Shown here piece by piece: positions 44,774 to 56,655 of a DNA stretch of 64,000 nt. The notes under the pieces were generated by a model. The model had not been told where the DNA came from and made no database searches. It was given only the letters and a program-made list of their open reading frames with translations. Positions within the stretch are counted from its first letter, which is position 1. Each line of letters begins with the position of its first letter. Source of the stretch: Verrucomicrobiota bacterium (GTDB lineage: Bacteria > Verrucomicrobiota > Verrucomicrobiia > Limisphaerales > JAEYXS01); contig JAEYXS010000121.1 in assembly GCA_023431185.1 (NCBI GenBank), forward strand, positions 6,261-70,260. The letters are read 5' to 3'. The position numbers were made by a program, and so were the translations under genes.

Positions 44774-45418
44774 TCAAAAGTCGATTATGATCTTTTTTCT
44801 GTCCGGTGCAGCCGGCTTCTTGTCTTCCTCTTTGCCAGCATACGCATCCGTCTTGGAAATGGTCTGCACCAGTTCCTTGACTCCGTCGTGATAAGTGAAC
44901 TCGGAAACGGAAGTCCAGTTGGCCTCGAACGAACGGGCAACTTTTTGCGCGATCTCCCGCAGTTCCGGGCCCGCTTTTTCCGTGCGGGACAGATAAACCC
45001 GGTTATTAAAGTCCAAGTAAACCTTTTCCTCGGTCACGTAGCAAACCACATGTGTGAGCAATCCCGGCATGCGCACTGAAATTAACCGCGTAGTAAATCC
45101 GTGTTTGCGCAGCACCATGTCTGCCAGGATGGAATAATCATCACAATCCCCATTCTTTGTCTCCAGAAAGACTTCGGGGGGCTGGATGTCCGCATGGAAC
45201 TTGTATTCGAAATCCTTGAAATAGGCGGCGAACTTGCGGGGCGTCATCTTCTCGGCGGTAAGCAGATCCTCCAAGGTCACCGCCAACAATGTCAATGGGA
45301 GGAAAACGAGCAGCAAGGCTTGCCATAACCAAGTCGGCCGGGCAAATAAAACTCCCGCCAGCCGGGGCGGATCACCCCGGTAAGCCGGTCCGTTCTCTTT
45401 TCGGTTCGATGAACTCAC
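44774..45418 (-). CDS. membrane-anchored transglutaminase-like cysteine peptidase (BTLCP-like)
   Basis: Putative Cys-His-Asp triad: NGDCDDYS, THVVCYV, YLDFN. Hydrophobic anchor WLWQALLLVFLPLTLLAV. Start is uncertain; I chose the GTG at 45418 because the longer ORF would abut the divergent gene start at 45572. Confidence 0.55.
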   Translation of the reverse strand: MSSSNRKENGPAYRGDPPRLAGVLFARPTWLWQALLLVFLPLTLLAVTLEDLLTAEKMTPRKFAAYFKDFEYKFHADIQPPEVFLETKNGDCDDYSILADMVLRKHGFTTRLISVRMPGLLTHVVCYVTEEKVYLDFNNRVYLSRTEKAGPELREIAQKVARSFEANWTSVSEFTYHDGVKELVQTISKTDAYAGKEEDKKPAAPDRKKIIIDF

Positions 45419-45571
45419 TATGGCGCGGAATTGAGCGTGCTGCCTGAATATCCGACTTCGTCCGGTCTTGAAAGCAGCGAAATCACTCTTTTGTTGTGGT
45501 GTCAATATCCCAGCAAAGCCGCTTGCCTCCTTTCCCAAGTATTCCCTATCCTGTCGCGAAGCTAATTCCAT

Positions 45572-46948
45572 ATGAATACAAACGTCCGCCTTCAGCTTTC
45601 CGTGATGATGTTCCTGCAATTCTTCATCTGGGGAGCCTGGTATGTCACGGGTCCAAACTATCTGAGCACCATCGGCTTCGGCGCCAGTGACTTCGGCTGG
45701 ATGTATTCTGTCGGCCCCATCGCGGGCATGATTTCGCCATTCTTCGTAGGCATGATTGCCGATCGTTTTTTTGCCGCTCAACGGGTCTTGGCGGCCATGC
45801 ACCTGCTCGGAGCCGTGTTCATGTTTCTGGCCACTACCCAGATGACCGCAGCAACGCCGAATCCCAATGTCATCAATGCTTTCTTCTTCGCCTACATGCT
45901 CACTTACTTCCCGACCTTGGCGCTGACCAACACCTTGGCCATGAAAAACATGAGCAACCCGGAGAAAGAATTCCCCGGCATCCGTGTTCTCGGCACTATC
46001 GGCTGGATTGCCGCCGGCTTAACTCTCACCGCATTGAAGTGGGACAACCAGATCAGCATGTTCTACCTTACGGCGGGTGCTTCACTGGCATTGGGCCTCT
46101 TTAGCTTTGTCCTGCCGCACACGCCGCCAGCAGCTTCCACCGGACCAATCTCGGCCCGGCAAATCCTTGGACTGGACGCCTTGGTGCTGCTGAAAAACAA
46201 ATCCTATCTCATTTTCCTGGTCTCTTCGATGCTGATCTGCATCCCGCTCGCTTTCTACTACCAGATCACCAGCCGCGTGGTGGAGATGACGGGGCTGCCG
46301 GTGGGCCAGACCATGTCCTACGGCCAGATGTCCGAGATTTTCTTCATGCTGGTGATGCCACTCTTCTTTGCGCGATTGGGCGTCAAGTGGATGCTGGCTG
46401 TCGGCATGCTAGCTTGGGTGGCCCGCTATGCCCTGTTCTCCTTGGGAGCAACGGATGAAGTTCGCTGGATGATCCTGGCAGGCGTGGTGATCCACGGCAT
46501 CTGCTATGACTTCTTCTTCGTAACCGGCCAGATTTACACCGATCAGGTTGCGCCCAAAGAAATCCGCGGCCAGGCTCAAGGCCTCTTGGTACTCTTCACT
46601 TTAGGTCTGGGCATGTTCATCGGCGCGCAAGTCGCCGGCAAGGTCGAGGCCCAACATACGCCGGACGCCTCCAAACAGTACGCCACGCAACTGGTCGCAG
46701 CTGGCAAAGCTTTGGATGAAGCCAAGGGCCAGTTGGCCACCGCCGATCCAGCCGCGAAAGCCCTGCTGGAGCCACAAATCGCCAAACTCGAAGCGGAAAA
46801 GCAGAACCTTCGCAAAAAGGAGCTGAAAGCGATCGAGTGGAAACCGCTCTGGGCCAAGCCCGCCGCTTTTGCTGCCATCATCCTGGTGCTGTTCGTGATG
46901 CTGTTCCGCAATCCTCCTCCGGCAGCGAATGGCGGCGTGAAGCATTGA
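45572..46948 (+). CDS. MFS nucleoside:H+ symporter-family transporter with C-terminal coiled extension and an extra TM
   Basis: N-terminus [21 protein letters not shown] resembles NupG/XapB-type permeases. About 12 TM segments. Confidence 0.7.
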   Translation: MNTNVRLQLSVMMFLQFFIWGAWYVTGPNYLSTIGFGASDFGWMYSVGPIAGMISPFFVGMIADRFFAAQRVLAAMHLLGAVFMFLATTQMTAATPNPNVINAFFFAYMLTYFPTLALTNTLAMKNMSNPEKEFPGIRVLGTIGWIAAGLTLTALKWDNQISMFYLTAGASLALGLFSFVLPHTPPAASTGPISARQILGLDALVLLKNKSYLIFLVSSMLICIPLAFYYQITSRVVEMTGLPVGQTMSYGQMSEIFFMLVMPLFFARLGVKWMLAVGMLAWVARYALFSLGATDEVRWMILAGVVIHGICYDFFFVTGQIYTDQVAPKEIRGQAQGLLVLFTLGLGMFIGAQVAGKVEAQHTPDASKQYATQLVAAGKALDEAKGQLATADPAAKALLEPQIAKLEAEKQNLRKKELKAIEWKPLWAKPAAFAAIILVLFVMLFRNPPPAANGGVKH

Positions 46949-46992
46949 GCGGTGGCTTTGCGTTCAGACGATCCACGGATATATTTGCTCTT

Positions 46993-47934
46993 ATGACGCA
47001 CTCATTGAACCGCCGCTCGTTTCTCAAACAATCCTCACTTGCACTGGCCGGTTTGAGCCTCGGCAGCCTCGCCGGCTGCAAGACTGGCAGTGTCTCTGCC
47101 AAGAAACCTTGGTTCGAGATCTCTTTGGCCGAATGGTCGTTGCACGTCGCCATCCTCACCAAACGGGAGATGACCAATCTCGATTTCCCGAAAGTGACCC
47201 GGCGTGAATTCAAGCTGGGCGCAGTGGAGTATGTGAACCAGATGTTCATGGATAAGGCCAAGAATACGGCCTATCTCACCGAATTGAAAAGCATCTGCGA
47301 TGGTGAAGGGGTCCGCAGCGTGCTTATCATGTGTGACCGGGAAGGCAACCTCGGTGACTTCGATGTCAAGAAACGGGCGCAGGCGGTTGAGAACCATCAC
47401 AAATGGGCTGACGCCGCCAAATTCCTTGGTTGCCATTCCATCCGCGTGAATGCCGCCACCGGCAATATCGGTTCATTTGAAGAACAGCAAAAACGGGCGG
47501 CTGATGGCTTGCGCCGGCTCACCGAATACACCGCCAAGATCGGGATCAACACCATCGTGGAGAACCACGGCGGCCTTTCCTCTAATGGAGCCTGGCTTGC
47601 CGGGGTGATGAAGCTGGTGGGGCATCCCAACTGCGGCACCCTGCCCGACTTCGGCAACTTCTACATCGACCGGATAAAGAACGAGCAATACGACCGTTAT
47701 CTGGGCGTGACGGAGCTCATGCCCTTTGCCAAAGGCGTCAGCGCCAAGACCCACGACTTCGACGCGCAAGGCAACGAGATCAACACGGACTACCGCCGGA
47801 TGTTGAAGACCGTGAAAGCCGCCGGTTATCGCGGGTATGTGGGGATCGAGTATGAAGGCAAGACGCTGGGCGAATACGAAGGCATCCACAAGACCATAGC
47901 TCTGCTGGAAAAGGTCCGCGCCGAACTGGCGTAA
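46993..47934 (+). CDS. sugar phosphate isomerase/epimerase (xylose isomerase-like TIM barrel) with Tat-type signal
   Basis: [29 protein letters not shown] is a twin-arginine signal. Also has the ENHGG motif. Confidence 0.7.
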   Translation: MTHSLNRRSFLKQSSLALAGLSLGSLAGCKTGSVSAKKPWFEISLAEWSLHVAILTKREMTNLDFPKVTRREFKLGAVEYVNQMFMDKAKNTAYLTELKSICDGEGVRSVLIMCDREGNLGDFDVKKRAQAVENHHKWADAAKFLGCHSIRVNAATGNIGSFEEQQKRAADGLRRLTEYTAKIGINTIVENHGGLSSNGAWLAGVMKLVGHPNCGTLPDFGNFYIDRIKNEQYDRYLGVTELMPFAKGVSAKTHDFDAQGNEINTDYRRMLKTVKAAGYRGYVGIEYEGKTLGEYEGIHKTIALLEKVRAELA

Positions 47935-47961
47935 GCAGCCGCAATCAGATCAACTTTCATA

Positions 47962-47988
47962 GGCGGGGATATTATCCCCGCCCTTTTT
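47962..47988. terminator. hairpin between convergent genes (possible bidirectional terminator)
   Basis: GGCGGGGAT-att-ATCCCCGCC gives a 9-bp stem, followed by CTTTTTAT on the + strand. Confidence 0.65.
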
Positions 47989-49018
47989 ATTTCTGGCGAA
48001 CGAATTTCTGGAGCCTTTTGCCAATGATATCTCCGGCGTAGATGTTTCCCTTGGAATCCAACGCCATGGTGTGCAACCAGTTCAATTCCCCCGGCTGCTC
48101 CTTGCCATCCTCCGCCTTCGGAGCCGTCCAGAGCTGCAACAGTTTGCCTGCGGTATTGAACTTCATGAACACCTGATCTTTCGGCGGGCAACCCAAGGGA
48201 GCGGTCGGATACTTCGGATCAAATCGCCACGGCATCGGGGAAGATCCGCAGATCCAGATCTCATCCTGAGCCATCACCCAAAAGCTCCACGGCACGATGA
48301 TGTTATCCCATGAGTCCAGCAGCTTTCCGTCGCTGTTGAAGACTTGTACCCTCACATTGTTCCGGTCGGCCACGTAGATGCGCCCCTCGGAATCCGTCGC
48401 GATCGCATGTGGTATGCTGAAGCGGGCTGGCTCCGTGCCCAAGGTGCCCCAAGCCTTGATGAACTTGCCCTGTGCATCGAAATGCACGATACGGTTGTTA
48501 CCGTAGCCATCGCTCACGAAGATGTCACCCTTTGGTCCAAAGGCGACATCCGTCGGTTTGTTGAAATGCCGGGCATCTTCTCCCGGCACTCCGTCCGTGC
48601 CCAAGGTCATCAGCACATTACCATCCGTATCATGTTTCCGCACCGTATGCGTGCCCACGTCCACCAGCCAGACATGACCGGCGCGGTCGAGCTTGAGGCC
48701 GTGCGCAACAGTCTTCGGATTATCCCACCACCCTTTCACATAACGCCCGTCGGCCGCATAGACTTGCACCGCAGGATTTGTGCGCGTGAATATCCAGACA
48801 TTGTCCTTCGGGTCGATGGCGATGGCCGATACTGCTGCCCAATGGATGCCAGGTGGCCGCTTTGGCCACGTCGGGTCCACTACATACCAGGCAGCCAGAT
48901 TCACCTGGGGATAGACGCTCGTGTTCGTGGAAGCTGATGCAGGTGGCTGATTCTGAGCCTGCAAATCAAACAGTGACGCACAGACCAAGGCGAAGAATAT
49001 AAACACTCGTGTCTTCAT
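47987..49018 (-). CDS. NHL-repeat six-bladed beta-propeller protein (peptidyl-hydroxyglycine lyase-like), secreted
   Basis: Signal MKTRVFIFFALVCASLFDLQA. NHL-like units such as F..P.DVAF.P.GDIFVSDGYGN.RIV.FD..G and IATDSEGRIYVADR.N.RVQVF. Confidence 0.7.
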   Translation of the reverse strand: MKTRVFIFFALVCASLFDLQAQNQPPASASTNTSVYPQVNLAAWYVVDPTWPKRPPGIHWAAVSAIAIDPKDNVWIFTRTNPAVQVYAADGRYVKGWWDNPKTVAHGLKLDRAGHVWLVDVGTHTVRKHDTDGNVLMTLGTDGVPGEDARHFNKPTDVAFGPKGDIFVSDGYGNNRIVHFDAQGKFIKAWGTLGTEPARFSIPHAIATDSEGRIYVADRNNVRVQVFNSDGKLLDSWDNIIVPWSFWVMAQDEIWICGSSPMPWRFDPKYPTAPLGCPPKDQVFMKFNTAGKLLQLWTAPKAEDGKEQPGELNWLHTMALDSKGNIYAGDIIGKRLQKFVRQK

Positions 49019-49122
49019 CGTTAAGGAACAGGAACACGTTGAAACAACTTCCTCCTTCCGTAAACAAAAGAAAACCGCCCAAGGCCGAAACCTTGGGCGG
49101 TCCTGCAAATCTATCGGAACCT

Positions 49123-51147
49123 TTATGCCGGTGCCGGAGCAGCAGAACCCAGTCCCGGGTCCAGCTTCGGTGGCGTGGGCTTCGGCACTTCGGGTAGCGG
49201 CGTGGCCGCGAGCGCCCCCATCGGCGGATCACCTGCGCCTGGATTCGGCGGTGGCGTGAACTTGCCAGTCTTCAAGATGTCCATCACCTGCGCCCCATCC
49301 AGAGTCTCATACTCCAGCAAGGCGTTCGCGATGATTTCCAGCTTGTCGCGGTGCGACTCCAGCAAGCTCTTCGACTTGTTGTAAGCCTCGGTGATGATAC
49401 GGCGCACCTCTTCATCAATCTCTTGGGCCGTGCGCTCACTATAATCCTTGCGCGTCGCCATGTCGCGACCGATGAACACATTCTCGTTGTCGTTGCCGTA
49501 TTGCACCATGCCCAACTTCTCGCTCATGCCCCACTGGCAGACCATCGCGCGGGCCAAGTTCGTGGCTTGATTGATGTCACCGGCGGCTCCGCTGGAAATA
49601 TCACCTGAAATCATCTCTTCCGCGATACGGCCGGCCATGGTCATCGTGATGATATCCAGCATCTCCAACCGGCCGTGATTCAACTGGTCTTCCTTCGGCA
49701 AGGACCAAGTGGAACCGAGCGATTGACCGCGGGGGATGATTGTCACCTTGTGCAACGGGTTCGCGTGCTCCAAGAGCACGTTCACCAGCGCATGACCAGC
49801 TTCGTGCCAGGCGGTTAGTTTCTTATTCTCGTCCGTCATCGCCAGGCTGCGGCGTTCACGGCCCCAGCGGACCTTCACTCGGGCCTCTTCGAGATCAAGC
49901 ATTGTCACGGCCTTCTTGCTGGCTCGCGCCGCCAGCAAAGCGGCTTCGTTAAGGAGATTGGCCAGATCGGCGCCAGAGTACCCTGGCGTAGCCCGGGCGA
50001 TCACCGACAGATCAGCCAAGGGATCCAACTTCACGTTCTTGGCATGAACCTTAAGGATAGCCTCGCGACCACGGACATCCGGCAGGTTCACCACGATCTG
50101 GCGGTCGAAACGACCTGGGCGCAGCAACGCCGGGTCCAGCACATCTGGACGATTCGTCGCCGCGATGATGATGATGCCTTCCTGCGTATCGAAACCGTCC
50201 ATCTCCACGAGCAAGGCATTCAACGTCTGCTCACGCTCGTCATTGCCACCGCCGAAACCATGACCACGGCTGCGGCCCACGGCATCGATTTCGTCGATGA
50301 AGATCAGGCAGGGCGTGCTCTTGCGCGCCTGCTCGAACATGTCACGCACACGGCTTGCACCGACACCCACGAACATCTCCACAAAATCCGAACCGCTGAT
50401 GCTAAAGAACGAGGCATCGGCCTCGCCCGCGATGGCCTTCGCCAGCAGCGTCTTGCCAGTACCGGGCGAACCCACCATCAAGATGCCCTTGGGAATGCGT
50501 CCGCCGAGCTTCTGAAATTTTTTGGGGTCTTTCAGGAACTCTACGAGTTCTGAGACTTCTTCCTTCGCCTCTTCCACACCGGCAACATCCTTGAAGGTCG
50601 TCTTGTTCTTTTCCTTGCTCAACATGCGTGCCTTGCTCTTGCCAAAGCTCATGGCGTTCTTGCCCGCATTCTTGATCTGGCGGAAGAGGAAGAAATAGAC
50701 CAGCACCGCGATCAGCAGAAACGGGAGCAATGTAAGCATCAACCCCATCATGAAGGTGTTCGGCTCCACGGTCTTGAACTTGCCAGTCGCGAGGATTTTC
50801 TCCTCCAGCGGCTCATTCAAACGGGTCTTTATCCGGAAGCTTTTCTCCGCCTTGCCGCCCGGAGCCGTTTTGTCCTCGACCGTGTATTTGCCCACTATCT
50901 CACGCAGATCGGGAGACTGCGGATGGTAGTTGATCTCGGCTGAGATGATCTTGTCCTGTTCCACCAAATCTACGAACTGCGTATGCGAAAGCGGTTCAAC
51001 CTTCGTCTGCCCCTTGCCTTGGATCAGGATAAGCGCCGGTATGATGCTGATGATCAGCAGCCAATACAGCCACGTCTTGGGCGGAGCTTTGAAATCGCCG
51101 TTGCTTCCGCCCCGGCCGTTATCGAAATTCTTGTTATCGTCCGACAT
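49123..51147 (-). CDS. ftsH: ATP-dependent zinc metalloprotease FtsH
   Basis: [17 protein letters not shown], an SRH region, and the HEAGHA zinc motif. Confidence 0.95.
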   Translation of the reverse strand: MSDDNKNFDNGRGGSNGDFKAPPKTWLYWLLIISIIPALILIQGKGQTKVEPLSHTQFVDLVEQDKIISAEINYHPQSPDLREIVGKYTVEDKTAPGGKAEKSFRIKTRLNEPLEEKILATGKFKTVEPNTFMMGLMLTLLPFLLIAVLVYFFLFRQIKNAGKNAMSFGKSKARMLSKEKNKTTFKDVAGVEEAKEEVSELVEFLKDPKKFQKLGGRIPKGILMVGSPGTGKTLLAKAIAGEADASFFSISGSDFVEMFVGVGASRVRDMFEQARKSTPCLIFIDEIDAVGRSRGHGFGGGNDEREQTLNALLVEMDGFDTQEGIIIIAATNRPDVLDPALLRPGRFDRQIVVNLPDVRGREAILKVHAKNVKLDPLADLSVIARATPGYSGADLANLLNEAALLAARASKKAVTMLDLEEARVKVRWGRERRSLAMTDENKKLTAWHEAGHALVNVLLEHANPLHKVTIIPRGQSLGSTWSLPKEDQLNHGRLEMLDIITMTMAGRIAEEMISGDISSGAAGDINQATNLARAMVCQWGMSEKLGMVQYGNDNENVFIGRDMATRKDYSERTAQEIDEEVRRIITEAYNKSKSLLESHRDKLEIIANALLEYETLDGAQVMDILKTGKFTPPPNPGAGDPPMGALAATPLPEVPKPTPPKLDPGLGSAAPAPA

Positions 51148-51243
51148 TTGTTAATTTTGGCTCACAGTAGCACGCGATCTGGCACCTAGCAACCGGCCTT
51201 CTGCCAATACTTTGGGTTACCCGGGAGGATTCATTGAGAACAC

Positions 51244-52656
51244 TTACGGGGAACTCACCGTTTGCCACTGCCATTTCAACCTTTGACGGGAAGCCTTGTC
51301 GAGTTTGAATTGCTCCCCGATCCGCTCACCTTCCACCCAGAAAATGCGCCCATCCACCGTCTCCGCGACCACTAGTTGCCGTCGTCGCTCTAGCGGCACC
51401 TTCCGGTTCACGAACCAGTCCTGTAACTTTACCGTCCGCGGCATACCCAACGGCTGAAAGCGGTCACCCGGACGCCAATGACGTAACCTGATGAGACCAC
51501 CAACCTTCTCCGCATCAAAGACTTCCAAACCATCAACCCGCTTAGGTTTAGTAAAACCATTAGGAGCTTTACTCCGCTCCCAAGTAATCGCCAGAGAAGC
51601 AAACAGCACTTCGCCCGAGCGGGTAGACAGAGGGCATTCAAGCTCAGTTTCTCGAAATGAGGCAGCTTGCTTCGCACGTTTTTCAATCAGCCCGCTCTTT
51701 TGACGACACAAGAAAGTTTCCGCATCCACTTGTATCCATGTCTCAGGCTCCCTTCGCAAAGCTTCCACCAAATCGAACGACTCCTTCACCCGGCAAAACC
51801 ATAATTGCTGGATCACCACTTGCCGCTGGACCGCCGGATGGAGACGGTCAAAAGCCACCCGTTTCTGATCCCCCAGTAACTTGGTCAGCCACGGCAAAGC
51901 CTCACGACGCACATGTGCCGCTTCCAACCCCACCACCTCCATCGTCCGCAGGATGGGTAACATCACTTCGCCCCCAAAGGTCTTGCTTAAGTAAGGAAGC
52001 AGTTTCCTGCGGATCCGGTTCCTTAAGATATCAGCATCCTTGTTAGAAGCGTCTTCACGAAACTTCACCCCCTGACGCTTCGCATAAGCCAGGATGAGCT
52101 GCTTCCGCACATTCAATAACGGCCGGATACGGCGCAGCTTGGGGTCCATCATCAACATACCACTCCATCCCATCCCGCCCAAGCCATCACCCCCGCTGCC
52201 GCGCAAGAGGCGAATGAAAAATAACTCCGCCTGATCATCTGCATGATGAGCCAAAGCAAGCCGGTTGCACTTCAACCGGATGACCACCTCCTCCAAGAAA
52301 GCATGGCGCAAATCCCGCGCAGCCATCTCGATGGAAATCTTTTTCTCCTTCGCCTGCGCCTTCACATCTCCCCTGCTCACCTCAAATCGCAGCCCATGCT
52401 GTGCGCAATACTTCTGCACTAGATTCTCATCCAGGTCACTCGCCCGCCCGCGTAACTGATGATTGAAATGCGCCACAGCGATCGTGAATCCATCCCTCTC
52501 CGCCAGTTCTCGTAAAACCTCCAGCAGCACCATCGAATCCGCCCCTCCAGAAACTGCCACCAGCACCGCATCACCTTTCTTGATGAGGCTATGCGACCGC
52601 ACATTCTTCCGAACTTTGGAAACGAGTCTATCCACGTCAGGGCAGTTAGCCCTCAA
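51244..52656 (-). CDS. tilS: tRNA(Ile)-lysidine synthetase
   Basis: PP-loop VAVSGGADS. Located upstream of ftsH, a common arrangement. The ORF-track start is TTG; a GTG 7 codons later is also possible. Confidence 0.85.
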   Translation of the reverse strand: MRANCPDVDRLVSKVRKNVRSHSLIKKGDAVLVAVSGGADSMVLLEVLRELAERDGFTIAVAHFNHQLRGRASDLDENLVQKYCAQHGLRFEVSRGDVKAQAKEKKISIEMAARDLRHAFLEEVVIRLKCNRLALAHHADDQAELFFIRLLRGSGGDGLGGMGWSGMLMMDPKLRRIRPLLNVRKQLILAYAKRQGVKFREDASNKDADILRNRIRRKLLPYLSKTFGGEVMLPILRTMEVVGLEAAHVRREALPWLTKLLGDQKRVAFDRLHPAVQRQVVIQQLWFCRVKESFDLVEALRREPETWIQVDAETFLCRQKSGLIEKRAKQAASFRETELECPLSTRSGEVLFASLAITWERSKAPNGFTKPKRVDGLEVFDAEKVGGLIRLRHWRPGDRFQPLGMPRTVKLQDWFVNRKVPLERRRQLVVAETVDGRIFWVEGERIGEQFKLDKASRQRLKWQWQTVSSP

Positions 52657-52706
52657 TCCTCCTACCTGTCAAAGTGTTGCTAAAGGGGCTTCAACTAATC
52701 CCCCAT

Positions 52707-52729
52707 ATTGGCCCGCCGGTGCAACCGGC
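52707..52729 (+). repeat. conserved hairpin motif H5
   Basis: ATTGGCCCGCCGGTGCAACCGGC, preceded by CCCCCAT. Lies 5 nt from the DUF1501 stop codon. Confidence 0.95.
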
Positions 52730-52734
52730 CCGGC

Positions 52735-54183
52735 TCAGGCCAGCATTTTGTGCAATATCTCACCCTCCACATCCGTTAACCGGAAATCACGCCCTTGGAA
52801 TCGGAAAGTCAGCTTCGTGTGCTCCAATCCCAGCAGATGCAATATCGTCGCGTGCAGATCATGCACATGCGCCTTGTCCTGCACCGCGTTGAAACCCAGC
52901 TCATCCGTCTCCCCCAGCACATACCCCTCCTTCACGCCACCACCCGCAAACCACATGGTGAACGCGTCGATATGATGATTCCTTCCCGTCTTCTCGCGCA
53001 CCTCACCCATCGGCGTACGGCCAAATTCACCACCCCAAATCACCAGCGTATCATCCAGCAGGCCACGCGCTTTAAGATCCTTCACCAGCGCCGCGCTGCC
53101 TTGATCCACCTCTCTTGTCACGCGTTCGAAATCTTCCTCCAAATTCTCATTGGGTCCGCCGTGGCTGTCCCAGTTCGTATGATAAAGCTGCACAAACCGC
53201 ACCCCCCGCTCCACCAACCGCCGCGCCAGCAGGCAATTCCGCGCATACGACGGCTTGTAAGGATCGATGCCATACATGTCCAACGTGGCCTTCGATTCAC
53301 CCGAAATGTCGATCAGCTCCGGCCCGCTCGTCTGCATGCGATACGCCATCTCGTAAGCCGAGATGCGTGTCGCGATCTCATCGTCGCCCGTCTCCACAAG
53401 TCGCTTGAGATTCAGATCTCGCACGGCATCGATCGTCCGCCGTTGCCGGTCGGCAGTAATGCCCAGCGGGCTGTTCAGGTTCAAGATCGGCTCGCCCTGC
53501 CCGCGCAAAGGCACGCCCTGATAAGTGCTCGGCAAAAAGCCCGACGCCCAGTTCACCGATCCGCCCCGCGGACCGCGCGGACCCGATTGCAGCACCACAA
53601 AACCCGGCAGATCATTTGATTCACTGCCAATGCCATACGTCACCCACGATCCCATGCTCGGCCGCCCGAAGATGCCCGAACCCGTATTCATGAAGAGCTT
53701 CGCCGGCGCGTGATTGAAGAGATTCGTCGCGCAAGACTTCACCATCGTGATGTTATCCGCGATCTGCGCCGTATGCGGCATCAGATTAGAAAACCACATG
53801 CCGCTTTTGCCGTGCTGCTTGAACTCGCGCCGCGTGCCCAAAAGATTCGTGCGATGGCTGCTGTCCATGAAGGCGAACCGCTTGCCCTCGATAAATGACT
53901 GCGGGATCGGCTGCCCGTTCAGGTCCACGAGCTTCGGCTTGTAATCGAACAAGTCGAGCTGCGAAGGCCCGCCCGCCATGAACATGAAGATGACATTTTT
54001 AGCCTTGGGCGTGAAATGCGGCTCCTTCGGAGCCAGCGGGTTCTTCAATTTCAATCCCGCAGCAGATGCTTTCTGCCCGCCGAGCAATCCTGCCAGCGCG
54101 ATGGAACCCAACCCCATTCCGCAACGGCTGAAGAAGTGCCGCCGGGTGATTTCATGCAATGGATCTTTAGACACAGGCTTCAT
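52735..54183 (-). CDS. DUF1501 domain protein (sulfatase-fold, Tat signal)
   Basis: [21 protein letters not shown] and WGGEFGRTP. Paired with the upstream PSCyt/DUF1553 gene, as is typical in PVC genomes. Confidence 0.85.
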   Translation of the reverse strand: MKPVSKDPLHEITRRHFFSRCGMGLGSIALAGLLGGQKASAAGLKLKNPLAPKEPHFTPKAKNVIFMFMAGGPSQLDLFDYKPKLVDLNGQPIPQSFIEGKRFAFMDSSHRTNLLGTRREFKQHGKSGMWFSNLMPHTAQIADNITMVKSCATNLFNHAPAKLFMNTGSGIFGRPSMGSWVTYGIGSESNDLPGFVVLQSGPRGPRGGSVNWASGFLPSTYQGVPLRGQGEPILNLNSPLGITADRQRRTIDAVRDLNLKRLVETGDDEIATRISAYEMAYRMQTSGPELIDISGESKATLDMYGIDPYKPSYARNCLLARRLVERGVRFVQLYHTNWDSHGGPNENLEEDFERVTREVDQGSAALVKDLKARGLLDDTLVIWGGEFGRTPMGEVREKTGRNHHIDAFTMWFAGGGVKEGYVLGETDELGFNAVQDKAHVHDLHATILHLLGLEHTKLTFRFQGRDFRLTDVEGEILHKMLA

Positions 54184-54186
54184 CGC

Positions 54187-56655
54187 TTATTCACGGGTAA
54201 TGGTTTCGTCTAAGTTAAGCAGCACACGCGAGACCGTCATCCACGCCGCGAGCTGCACGGAATCATACTTCGCTTTTTCACCAACCAATTCTTTCGCCTC
54301 ATTCGGCGTCTGCGCAAATGCCGCCTTCTCCACCTTCAGCAATTCAGCCAGTCTCTCACGCTCCACCACGTCAGGTGAACGCGAGGTACAAAGCTTGAAC
54401 ACATAATCAATCCTCGCCGTATCGTCCTTCGGCCCATCTCGCATCACGCGCTCCGCCAACGCCTGCGCCAATTCATAATACGCCTGGTCGTTCAGCAACG
54501 TCAGCGCTTGCAGCGGCGTGTTCGAGCGCGGCCTCCGGGTACACGCGCTGAACCCATCCGGCGCATCGAACACCATCAGTGCGGGATTCGGCGTCGCCCG
54601 CCAAAAGAACGTGTACATCCCGCGCCGATACCGGTCCTCACCCGTGCTGGGCACCCACTCTCGCCTCATCTGCCCCAGCGACATCACACCGTCTGGCTGG
54701 GGTGGAAACACACTCGGTCCGCCCACCTTGCGTGAGAGCAATCCGCTCGCCGACAATGCCGAATCGCGCACCAGTTCCGCCTCCAGTCGCAGCCGGTTCT
54801 GCCGCGCCAGCAACTTGTTCGTCGGGTCCACCGTCTCCAAGTCCTTGCGCACATTGGACGACTGCCGGTACGTCGCCGAGGTCGCGATGAGCTGGTGGAT
54901 ATGCTTCTGGCTCCAGCCGCTTTCCATGAACTCCACCGCCAGCCAGTCGAGCAATGCCTGATTCTTCGGGAGCGCGCCTTGCGAACCAAAATCATTTTCC
55001 GTCTCCACGATGCCACTGCCGAAATACACCTGCCAGATCCGGTTCACCGCCACCCGCGCCGCCAACGGATTCTGCTTGTCCACCAGCCACCGCGCGAAGT
55101 CCAGCCGGTCGGGCTTCTCCGCCTTCAGCGGATGCAACACCTTCAGCACCCCCGGCGACATCTTGTCCGCTGGCCGCGTGAAATCACCTTTGATGAACAA
55201 GAACGTATCGCGCGGTTCCTTGCGCTCCTGCATCACCAGCGTAGTCGTCACGCTCGGCACCGCCTTCTTCAATCTCGCCGCATCCGCCTGCTTCTTCTTG
55301 TAGCCCGCATCCTCCGCCAGGATCGCTTCGGCCAGCAATTTCTTCTGCGCCGCCGTGCGTTTGTCGGCGGCCACTCCCAATGCCTTTTGAGCATCCCCCT
55401 TCAGTTTCTTACGTGCCGCCTCATCCAGACCGGCTTCCCACCCAGCCACCTTGCCTTCAGCCGCCTTCACTTGCGCGGCCAGCTCGGCATCTGCCTGCTT
55501 CACCTTTTCCCGATGCTCCGCGAGCCTCTTGGCTTCCTCAGGCGACGGCAGGCTCAGTGTCGGCTCATCCGCGTTATTCAAGAACGCGAACATCTGGTAA
55601 TATTCCTTGTGCGAGATCGGATCGAACTTGTGGTCATGGCATTGCGCGCACGAAACTGTCAGCCCCAGAAACACCGTGCTCGTCGTCGCGACCCGGTCAA
55701 AGATGGACTCGATCCGGAACTGCTCCTTGTCGATGCCCCCCTCCTGATTGATCTGGGTGTTTCGATGAAACCCCGTCGCCACCTTCTGCTCGGGTGTCGC
55801 GTTCGGCAACATGTCACCCGCGATCTGCTCGATGGTGAAGCGGTCGAACGGCATATCGGCGTTCATCGCATTGATCACCCAATCCCGGTATTTCCAGATC
55901 TGACGCGGCGCATCGATGCTGTAACCGTTCGAATCCCCATAACGGGCTGCATCCAGCCAATGCCGCGCCCAGCGTTCGCCAAAATGTGGCGAAGCCATCA
56001 GTTGCTTCACCCACGCCTCGTAAGCCTGTTCGCTCGAGTTGGCCAGATAAGCGTCCACCTCGCTCAACGTCGGCGGCAATCCCGTCAGGTCAAACGCCGC
56101 CCGGCGCATCAACGTCACCTTGTCCGCCTCAGGCGATGGCTTGATGCCTTTCTCCTCCAGCTTCGCGAGAATGAAATGATCGATCGGGTTCTTCGGCCAG
56201 TTCCTATCCTTCACCGACGGGATCGCCGGACGCTGCGGCACTTGATACGCCCAATGCGTCTTGGCTGATGCGTAAAAATCCTGCGGTTCGTCGTTCGCCG
56301 GAGCCACCGCCCCCTCATCGATCCACTTCGCGATGATCGCGATTTCCGCCTCCGTCAGCGGGGCCATCTTCATCGGCATCTGCTTCATCTCCGGCACCAT
56401 GCCCCGCACCGCCTGGATCAACCGGCTCTCGCTGCTCTTGCCCGGCACGATGGCCGGCCCGCGTTCCCCGCCCTTGAGCGCCAGCGCCACCGTATCCAGC
56501 CGCATCTTGGACATCTGCTCCGCTGCGCCGTGGCATTTGTAGCAATTCCGCGCGAGGATGGGTTTCACCTCTATCACGTAATCCACTGCCGCGCTCGCCG
56601 GCATTACGCCCGCGACCATCATCATCAGACCGGCAATGACGCCATTTCGTGCCAT
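54187..56655 (-). CDS. PSCyt/DUF1549/DUF1553 (planctomycete cytochrome c domain) protein
   Basis: CYKCHG near the N-terminus. DUF1549-like [19 protein letters not shown] and DUF1553-like [11 protein letters not shown]. Start taken at Met48 (signal-like [17 protein letters not shown]). Confidence 0.85.
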   Translation of the reverse strand: MARNGVIAGLMMMVAGVMPASAAVDYVIEVKPILARNCYKCHGAAEQMSKMRLDTVALALKGGERGPAIVPGKSSESRLIQAVRGMVPEMKQMPMKMAPLTEAEIAIIAKWIDEGAVAPANDEPQDFYASAKTHWAYQVPQRPAIPSVKDRNWPKNPIDHFILAKLEEKGIKPSPEADKVTLMRRAAFDLTGLPPTLSEVDAYLANSSEQAYEAWVKQLMASPHFGERWARHWLDAARYGDSNGYSIDAPRQIWKYRDWVINAMNADMPFDRFTIEQIAGDMLPNATPEQKVATGFHRNTQINQEGGIDKEQFRIESIFDRVATTSTVFLGLTVSCAQCHDHKFDPISHKEYYQMFAFLNNADEPTLSLPSPEEAKRLAEHREKVKQADAELAAQVKAAEGKVAGWEAGLDEAARKKLKGDAQKALGVAADKRTAAQKKLLAEAILAEDAGYKKKQADAARLKKAVPSVTTTLVMQERKEPRDTFLFIKGDFTRPADKMSPGVLKVLHPLKAEKPDRLDFARWLVDKQNPLAARVAVNRIWQVYFGSGIVETENDFGSQGALPKNQALLDWLAVEFMESGWSQKHIHQLIATSATYRQSSNVRKDLETVDPTNKLLARQNRLRLEAELVRDSALSASGLLSRKVGGPSVFPPQPDGVMSLGQMRREWVPSTGEDRYRRGMYTFFWRATPNPALMVFDAPDGFSACTRRPRSNTPLQALTLLNDQAYYELAQALAERVMRDGPKDDTARIDYVFKLCTSRSPDVVERERLAELLKVEKAAFAQTPNEAKELVGEKAKYDSVQLAAWMTVSRVLLNLDETITRE

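Noticed and set aside
54895-56268. 457-aa + strand ORF antisense to the PSCyt/DUF1553 gene. Others of the same kind: 59209-60774 (521 aa), 23975-25084, 25202-26062, 26544-27344, 35325-36416, 41520-42314, 43955-45079, 52795-53619, 19542-20345, 21420-22199 and 22470-23387
   Set aside because: Each is opposite a gene with strong recognisable motifs (ispG, rseP, mla genes, TIR, CHASE3, DUF1501, serpin, HAD, aroG and others). All show the same R/H/P/Q-rich composition and no recognisable domains.
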